From: Clostridiales bacterium | Lineage (GTDB): Bacteria > Bacillota > Clostridia > Caldicoprobacterales > DTU083 | Reading direction: 5' to 3' | DNA: 41,442 bases | NCBI GenBank assembly: GCA_012512335.1 | Contig: JAAZEK010000113.1 | Coordinates: 1 to 41,442 of the forward strand | Shown: positions 36,922 to 41,442 of the stretch, one piece after another | Numbering within the stretch: the first letter of the stretch is position 1 | Layout: the number at the start of each line of letters is the position of its first letter | Translations under genes and position numbers: made by a program | Notes under the pieces: generated by a model | Told to the model about the DNA's origin: nothing | The model's database searches: none | What the model saw: the letters and a program-made list of their open reading frames with translations, nothing else

Positions 36922-37014
36922 TTTGTTACTGTTCACTGGGAAGTAAAATATTAAATATATTCCAGTCGCTGTTGCACTGAGGATCAAGTTTGTAAATTTA
37001 CAGTATTTTACGGT

Positions 37015-37043
37015 AGGCCTGATTGTATTTCAGGCCTTTTTTG
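37015..37043 (+). terminator. Rho-independent terminator after the aminotransferase
   Basis: AGGCCTGA-TTGTATT-TCAGGCCT followed by TTTTTT. Confidence 0.85.
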
Positions 37044-37134
37044 ATTATAATGGTAACATAAATTAATATGATATGTGATGTGCATCGTAGAATAATCAAT
37101 TACGAATAAAATTGCTTATTTTCATTAAATTTAG

Positions 37135-37165
37135 AAAGAAAAAAGAGTGGATAAAATCCACTCTT
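37135..37165 (-). terminator. Rho-independent terminator downstream of tRNA-Trp
   Basis: On the minus strand: AAGAGTGGA-TTTTA-TCCACTCTT followed by TTTTCTTTC. Confidence 0.8.
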
Positions 37166-37170
37166 GTACT

Positions 37171-37246
37171 TGGCAGGGGAGACGCGACTCGAACACGCAA
37201 CCAATGGTTTTGGAGACCACTACTCTACCAATTGAGCTACTCCCCT
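37171..37246 (-). tRNA. trnW: tRNA-Trp (anticodon CCA), 76 nt with encoded 3' CCA
   Basis: The reverse complement AGGGGAG-TA-GCTC-AATTGGTA-GAGT-A-GTGGT-CTCCAAA-ACCAT-TGGTT-GCGTG-TTCGAGT-CGCGT-CTCCCCT-G-CCA folds into a full cloverleaf. The anticodon loop is CU-CCA-AA. Confidence 0.95.
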
Positions 37247-37281
37247 ATAAAAACCTATCACCTTCAACGGCGACAATAATC

Positions 37282-37310
37282 ATTATAGGATAGGAAAAGA
37301 AATAAGTCAA
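37282..37310 (-). promoter_or_regulatory. Consensus sigma-A promoter driving tRNA-Trp
   Basis: On the minus strand: TTGACT (37310-37305), an exact 17-nt spacer, then TATAAT (37287-37282), about 35 nt upstream of the mature tRNA 5' end. Confidence 0.75.
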
Positions 37311-37394
37311 TGGTATTTTTAAAAATCTTATTTAAAAGAGGATAAGATAACTATGATATCCAATTATATACAAGATACAAGAGAGGAGATTACT

Positions 37395-38222
37395 ATGAAT
37401 ATTGAAAATATAGCTATTGGTTTTATTGGTGCAGGAAATATGGGTGCAGCAATGATAAAAGGTATAATAAAGGGAAATGTTACCAAACCAGAAAAGGTCT
37501 ATGTCTATGATCCTTTGTCAGAGAATATTAAGCAACTACAGGAAGACTTTGGAGTTACCACTGTTACTTCACCAGAAGAAATAGTGGAAGCTTGCCAAGT
37601 AATAATACCTGCAGTTAAACCGCATATTATTTCTGATGTTCTAACTGGAATTGCTGATATGCTTACCGAACAACATATAATTATTTCTATAGCTGCTGGA
37701 ATAACTACGGAGCAGCTAAAAGCAATGGTAAAAGATAACTGTAATGTTGTTCGTACGATGCCTAACACTCCAGCCTTGGTAGGCGAAGGCATGACAGCAA
37801 TGGTTAAGGATCCATCTGTCCCTGCAAAATATATTAATCTAGCATGTACTATACTAAAATCTTTCGGAGAGGTAGAGTTTGTGTCCGAAGAGCAGATACA
37901 CGCGGCTACTGCCATTAGCGGAAGCAGTCCAGCTTATGCTTTCTTGTTTTTAGAAGCATTGGCTGATGGGGGAGTTATGATGGGGTTGCCTAGAGAACAA
38001 AGCTATAGAATGGCTACGCAATCACTTTTAGGAGCAGCGAAATTAATGAAGGAAACAGGAAAACATCCTGGTGAGTTAAAAGATATGGTGTGTTCACCAT
38101 CAGGCACAACTATTGAAGCGGTCGCCTTGTTGGAATATAATGGATTCAGAGGTACTATTATAGAAGCAGTTCGCACATGTGCAGAAAAAAGTGAAATGAT
38201 GGGAAAGATAGATAAATTATGA
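37395..38222 (+). CDS. proC: Pyrroline-5-carboxylate reductase
   Basis: The NADP motif IGFIGAGNMG, then RTMPNTPALVGEG and SPSGTT. GAGAGGAG precedes the ATG at 37395. The ORF track starts at 37353. Confidence 0.92.
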   Translation: MNIENIAIGFIGAGNMGAAMIKGIIKGNVTKPEKVYVYDPLSENIKQLQEDFGVTTVTSPEEIVEACQVIIPAVKPHIISDVLTGIADMLTEQHIIISIAAGITTEQLKAMVKDNCNVVRTMPNTPALVGEGMTAMVKDPSVPAKYINLACTILKSFGEVEFVSEEQIHAATAISGSSPAYAFLFLEALADGGVMMGLPREQSYRMATQSLLGAAKLMKETGKHPGELKDMVCSPSGTTIEAVALLEYNGFRGTIIEAVRTCAEKSEMMGKIDKL

Positions 38223-38662
38223 AGAAGATAGAAATATATACGGATGGTGCTTGTAGTGGAAATCCTGGACCTGGCGGCTGGGGTGCAATTTTATCATATA
38301 GTGGACATGAACAGGAGCTTTCTGGGTATGAGGCAAATACAACCAATAATCGCATGGAATTAACCGGACCGATTAAAGCGCTAGAAGCGTTAAATCAACC
38401 ATGTGAAGTGAATATTTACACGGATAGTGCGTATGTATGCAACGCATTTAAGCAAAAATGGATACAAAACTGGCTAAGCAATGGCTGGAAAACCAGTAAA
38501 AAACAAGCTGTAGAAAATCAGGATCTGTGGAAGTCATTGCTTTCATTAATGGAAATTCATCGAGTACATTGGCATAAGGTTAAAGGCCACAGCGACAACG
38601 TAAAGAATAACCGATGCGATGAGTTGGCTACAGGTGAAATTAAAAAGCAAAGAGATAGCTAA
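38219..38662 (+). CDS. rnhA: Ribonuclease HI
   Basis: The motifs IYTDGACSGNPGPGGWG, NNRMEL, YTDS and VKGHSDNVKNNRCDELA supply the D-E-D-D catalytic residues. It overlaps proC by ATGA. Confidence 0.93.
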   Translation: MKKIEIYTDGACSGNPGPGGWGAILSYSGHEQELSGYEANTTNNRMELTGPIKALEALNQPCEVNIYTDSAYVCNAFKQKWIQNWLSNGWKTSKKQAVENQDLWKSLLSLMEIHRVHWHKVKGHSDNVKNNRCDELATGEIKKQRDS

Positions 38663-38735
38663 AGATAGCCAAATTAATTAATCTTTGTAGCTCATAAAAT
38701 CCCTTTAAATAAATTAATAAGCATAGAGGGGTTTT

Positions 38736-38782
38736 CCTATGCAACTATGCGCAAAATACAAGTTTTACGTATAGTTGTATAG
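38736..38782. other. Long imperfect hairpin in the rnhA downstream spacer
   Basis: A 13-bp stem CCTATGCAACTAT/ATAGTTGTATAGG (one G-U pair) with a 21-nt loop. Confidence 0.5.
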
Positions 38783-38789
38783 GAAAAGT

Positions 38790-38822
38790 TGATAGCAGTA
38801 GCTTTTTGTAGACTACTGCTAT
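38790..38822. terminator. Perfect 11-bp hairpin, possibly a bidirectional terminator
   Basis: GATAGCAGTAG-CTTTTTGTAGA-CTACTGCTATC. T-tracts are only moderate on both strands (CTTGAGTGTTTTT on +, AACTTTTCC on -). Confidence 0.4.
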
Positions 38823-38942
38823 CCTTGAGTGTTTTTAGTACTTGAAATTAGATAACTACTATACTACTATAAGATAATTTCTTTCGTATTACTTCCGATT
38901 AAGGTATCACTTTATTCTTTATCCTTGTGTATCTGCTCACGC

Positions 38943-39125
38943 TCACCTGCAAGTTCCACATCCAGTAAACAGAACAACTAAAAGCAAGAAGAAGAACAAT
39001 AATTCTGAACTATCGTTACGAAATAGTCCACAATTGCTAAATATGATTACCAGCAACAAGAAAAAAAATAGTAAGCTACTATCGTCTCCACTACCAAATA
39101 GTCCGCCTAAAATGCCATTGCTCAT
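38943..39125 (-). CDS. Tiny hydrophobic protein with an internal tandem repeat (possibly a YjcZ-like sporulation small protein)
   Basis: AAAGGAGATAAGGGT precedes the second in-frame ATG (39125), giving 60 aa: MSNGILGGLFGSG then DDSSLLFFFLLLVIIFSNCGLFR then NDSSELLFFFLLLVVLFTGCGTCR. These are two copies of a (D/N)DSS-LLFFFLLLV-x5-CG unit. Confidence 0.55.
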   Translation of the reverse strand: MSNGILGGLFGSGDDSSLLFFFLLLVIIFSNCGLFRNDSSELLFFFLLLVVLFTGCGTCR

Positions 39126-39249
39126 ACCCTTATCTCCTTTCATGAATATTGAAATAGATAAATCGCTTGTTAACCATTTCCATTAACAGTATATGATAAT
39201 AATCCTTCCACCGTGCTTTATAAACTGAACCGCTTTTGGCAAAATATTT

Positions 39250-39279
39250 TTGCGTTTATTAGTTATTCTATGGTATAAT
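39250..39279 (+). promoter_or_regulatory. Candidate sigma-A promoter of the tyrosine recombinase gene
   Basis: TTGCGT (39250-55), an 18-nt spacer, then an extended -10 TGgTATAAT (39271-79). Confidence 0.5.
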
Positions 39280-39293
39280 ATGTATACAACCTA

Positions 39294-39307
39294 CGAACAT
39301 TTGTTTT
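39294..39307 (+). promoter_or_regulatory. LexA (SOS) box just downstream of the recombinase promoter
   Basis: CGAACATTTGTTTT. Its first 13 nt are identical to the box in the lexA promoter (40871-40883). It fits the Firmicute GAAC-N4-GTT(C/T) operator. Confidence 0.65.
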
Positions 39308-39321
39308 GAAAAGGAGTTATT

Positions 39322-40386
39322 ATGCAACAAATAAAGTCATTTAACATAAATCAAAGCAAACTAAATATTATCAAGCTTAGAAAGGTTTTAAGGGATCTTC
39401 CACCCTTTTGCAAGGAGTATTTTCGCGGAATTGAGCCAAATACTTCCATTCTAACTCGGATTAACTATGGATATGATTTACGCCTATTTTTCAGATTCCT
39501 TACGAAGGAAGTTGGAGAATTTAATGGAAAAAAGCCTCAAGACCTTAAAATAGACGATTTAAAAATCATTGAAGCAGTTCATCTAGAAATGTTTCTTGAG
39601 TATATCTCCCTATATAATAAGAAGAAAAATGGCGTAAGTACAGAGCAGACGAATCATGAGTCTGGCAAAGCCAGAAAGCTTTCGTCTATTCGATCCTGCT
39701 TTTCTCATTTTTACAAAAAAGGATATTTAGATAGAAATGTTACTGAATTAGTGGATATTCCAAGGATACATGAAAAACCGATAATAAGGTTGGATGTTGA
39801 TGAAGTTGCCAGGCTTTTAGATACCATAGAAAATGGAGAAGGACTAACAAAAACTCAGAAAAGATATCATAAATACACTAGGCAACGTGATCTTACCTTG
39901 ATAACCTTGTTTTTAGGAACTGGAATTAGAATAAGTGAGTGTGTTGGATTAAATATCTCAGACTTTGACTTTAATGCCAATAGTTTTAAGGTAACACGTA
40001 AAGGTGGAAATCAAGTTTTACTTTACTTTGGTGAAGAAATTCGCCAAGCATTGGACGACTACCTAGTAGAAAGAAAACAGATGCAAACACTTCCTGGGCA
40101 TGAGGATGCGCTTTTCATATCCATGCAGAATAAAAGGTTGAGTAATCGAGCTATACAAAACCTTGTAAAAAAGTACTCCAATATCATAAGTCCTTTAAAG
40201 AATATTTCGCCTCATAAGCTTCGCAGTACTTATGGCACCACCCTTTATCAAGAAACTGGTGATATTTATCTGGTAGCGGACGTATTAGGCCATAAAGATG
40301 TAAACACTACTAGAAAACATTATGCTGCCATAAGCGACGATAAGAGACGCATGGCAGCACGAGTAGTTAAACTTAGAGATGATTAA
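39322..40386 (+). CDS. Tyrosine-type site-specific recombinase (XerC/D/S-like), second Xer-like gene in the window
   Basis: Catalytic motifs RDLTLITLFLGTGIRISE (R), SPHKLRSTYGT (HxxR) and LGHKDVNTTRKHY (H, Y). The N-terminal SAM-like domain is LPPFCKEYFRG...YGYDLRLFFRFL. Confidence 0.85.
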   Translation: MQQIKSFNINQSKLNIIKLRKVLRDLPPFCKEYFRGIEPNTSILTRINYGYDLRLFFRFLTKEVGEFNGKKPQDLKIDDLKIIEAVHLEMFLEYISLYNKKKNGVSTEQTNHESGKARKLSSIRSCFSHFYKKGYLDRNVTELVDIPRIHEKPIIRLDVDEVARLLDTIENGEGLTKTQKRYHKYTRQRDLTLITLFLGTGIRISECVGLNISDFDFNANSFKVTRKGGNQVLLYFGEEIRQALDDYLVERKQMQTLPGHEDALFISMQNKRLSNRAIQNLVKKYSNIISPLKNISPHKLRSTYGTTLYQETGDIYLVADVLGHKDVNTTRKHYAAISDDKRRMAARVVKLRDD

Positions 40387-40411
40387 TAAAATAATATCTA
40401 GTTGCTCATCA

Positions 40412-40780
40412 TCAGTCTATTATTCCTAAAGCTGAAGCCTCATTAGGATGACTGTTTTCGTAGATTGGAACCTCAAGTATCTGACCTTCTATAATATTAG
40501 CTGTTTCAAGCATATTCCACTCATGGATTTCGTTAATATAATCGCGAATGTCTCTTCCTTTGGGTAAGGATTCTCTTGCAATGCCCCAAAGTGTGTCGCC
40601 TTCGGATACGCTCCAGCTTAGATAGTACTCTGGAATAGCCTGGGCATTACCTTTAAGCAAAAAGATTGATAGTGTGGCGAACAAAAAAGTTAAGACAACT
40701 ACAATGAATATGGTTAGACGTAACCTTGACTTGATGGTTATAGACCTTCTTACTATAGTTTGACTATTTTCATTTATCAC
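40412..40780 (-). CDS. LysM-domain membrane protein, YneA-like SOS cell-division inhibitor candidate
   Basis: One TM segment (LTIFIVVVLTFLFATLSIFLL) plus a C-terminal LysM domain (SVSEGDTLWGIARE...GQILEVP). The gene is divergent from lexA. The ORF-track start (40843) lies inside the promoter. GAGGAGG (40895-40889 on the minus strand) sits 8 nt before the GTG at 40780, giving a 122-aa protein. Confidence 0.75.
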   Translation of the reverse strand: MINENSQTIVRRSITIKSRLRLTIFIVVVLTFLFATLSIFLLKGNAQAIPEYYLSWSVSEGDTLWGIARESLPKGRDIRDYINEIHEWNMLETANIIEGQILEVPIYENSHPNEASALGIID

Positions 40781-40814
40781 ATTAATGACCTCCTCGAACG
40801 TATGTTCTGAATTC

Positions 40815-40843
40815 ATTATACAGGAACGTTTGTTCCGTGTCAA
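40815..40843 (-). promoter_or_regulatory. Consensus sigma-A promoter with an embedded LexA box for the LysM gene
   Basis: On the minus strand: TTGACA (40843-40838), the 17-nt spacer CGGAACAAACGTTCCTG, then TATAAT (40820-40815). The spacer contains GAAC-N4-GTTC (40824-40835). Confidence 0.8.
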
Positions 40844-40870
40844 CGGTTTTTTAAATAATTTAAAATAATC

Positions 40871-40884
40871 CGAACATTTGTTTG
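40871..40884 (+). promoter_or_regulatory. LexA box overlapping the -35 of the lexA promoter (autoregulation)
   Basis: CGAACATTTGTTTG overlaps TTGATT (40882-87). A 17-nt spacer follows, then an extended -10 TGcTACAAT (40902-10). Confidence 0.7.
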
Positions 40885-40976
40885 ATTTTTGCCTCTTTTT
40901 GTGCTACAATACCATTAATTAGTTACATATAAGTAAGTAATAAGTAAAAAAAATTATAGATAATGAGGTGTAAACA

Positions 40977-41442
40977 ATGGCAAAAGCCCTCAGTGACAAA
41001 CAGAAAAAAATCTTGGAATTCCTTAAAGATGAAATTCGGACAAAAGGCTATCCGCCCTCCGTACGAGAAATATGCGATGCAGTAGGTTTAAAATCTACCT
41101 CCACTGTACACGGTTATCTCGAGCGTCTCGAGAAAAAAGGCTTCATCCGTCGAGATGCATCTAAACCAAGGGCAATCGAAATTTTGGATGACAATACATA
41201 TGTTTCAAACAACGAACTGGTTAATGTTCCTATAGTTGGCCGTGTGACTGCTGGACAACCAATTTTGGCAGTTGAAAACATTGAAGATACCTTTCCCATT
41301 CCAGTTCAATATCTTCACAACAGCGATGTTTTTATGCTCCATGTAAGAGGTGAAAGTATGGTTGAAGCTGGTATTCTCGATGGAGATATGGTTATCGTAC
41401 AAAAGAAACCTACCGCCTCCAATGGTGATATGGTCGTAGCTC
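40977..41442 (+). CDS. lexA: LexA repressor (5' partial, runs off the window end, absent from the ORF track)
   Basis: Manual translation from the ATG at 40977 (RBS GAGGTG): [70 protein letters not shown]...[20 protein letters not shown]...[20 protein letters not shown]. It has the wHTH, the AG cleavage site and the GESM serine nucleophile. The frame stays open to position 41442. Confidence 0.93.
   Translation, partial: MAKALSDKQKKILEFLKDEIRTKGYPPSVREICDAVGLKSTSTVHGYLERLEKKGFIRRDASKPRAIEILDDNTYVSNNELVNVPIVGRVTAGQPILAVENIEDTFPIPVQYLHNSDVFMLHVRGESMVEAGILDGDMVIVQKKPTASNGDMVVA

Noticed and set aside
36991-37002. A perfect 12-bp palindrome TGTAAATTTACA between the aminotransferase stop and its terminator.
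   Set aside because: It lies in a 3' UTR with no downstream + strand gene before the terminator. Short AT-rich palindromes are common in low-GC DNA. It does not match the cre, Rex, CodY or dif consensus sequences I know.
37505-37915. A 136-aa minus-strand ORF.
   Set aside because: It is antisense to proC, and its Ser/Thr/Ile/Cys-rich composition is typical of the reverse frame of a real gene.
37171-40386. The possibility that tRNA-Trp plus the tyrosine recombinase mark an integrated mobile element or genomic island.
   Set aside because: The recombinase is about 2 kb from the tRNA with core genes (proC, rnhA) between them. No phage, conjugation or cargo genes are present. No repeat of the tRNA 3' end was seen. 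The gene sits in a conserved lexA neighbourhood with an SOS box.
41114-41402. Two minus-strand ORFs of 61 and 65 aa at the right edge of the window.
   Set aside because: Both are antisense to the manually translated lexA reading frame, which has unmistakable LexA motifs.
1-41442. CRISPR arrays, IS elements, rRNA genes, toxin-antitoxin pairs or obvious defence systems.
   Set aside because: No regularly spaced direct repeats, transposase-like ORFs, terminal inverted repeats or small overlapping two-gene cassettes were seen. Nearly all coding capacity is explained by housekeeping and sporulation genes.

Overview
This 41.4 kb window is a core chromosomal segment of a low-GC, endospore-forming Firmicute with Clostridia-type gene order. 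Almost every gene lies on the + strand. No IS element, prophage, CRISPR array or rRNA was seen. Reading left to right, the window holds five stretches:
(1) An asp23/amaP/DUF2273 stress operon, then nusB-folD-xseA-xseB-ispA-(DUF212)-dxs-tlyA-nadK-argR-recN-spoIVB-spo0A.
(2) A tightly packed five-gene module of unknown function: SteA-like, MctB/SteB-like, a GT2 glycosyltransferase, an MraY/WecA-like transferase and a DUF3866-like protein.
(3) spoIIM-xerD-deoB-punA, a DD-carboxypeptidase, an M50 protease, scpA-scpB, DUF2953-ytfJ, dacB and rluB.
(4) A four-gene biotin-dependent carboxyltransferase cluster (12S-like, small OadG-like, BCCP, 5S-like) with no Na+-pump beta subunit and no biotin carboxylase. 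It is followed by an M19 dipeptidase, a PHP phosphoesterase and an aspartate aminotransferase.
(5) A lone minus-strand tRNA-Trp, then proC-rnhA, a tiny repeat-containing hydrophobic protein, a tyrosine recombinase, a LysM (YneA-like) gene and the 5' part of lexA. The lexA gene is truncated by the window end and is missing from the ORF track.
The most interesting observations are:
(a) A well-formed c-di-GMP-I (GEMM-I) riboswitch aptamer sits in the 425-bp spoIVB-spo0A spacer, about 120 nt upstream of the spo0A start codon.
(b) The uncharacterised SteA/MctB-like plus glycosyltransferase plus DUF3866 module sits inside a tlyA-nadK-recN...xerD synteny block that, from memory, is shared with Actinobacteria.
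(c) Three LexA (SOS) boxes are present. One lies in the spacer of a consensus promoter for the LysM gene, which shows the ORF-track start is wrong. Another lies in front of the tyrosine recombinase and shares a 13-nt core with the lexA operator.
(d) The carboxyltransferase cluster has a transcarboxylase-like architecture.
All functional calls rest on motif recognition by eye and remembered family knowledge. No searches were run.
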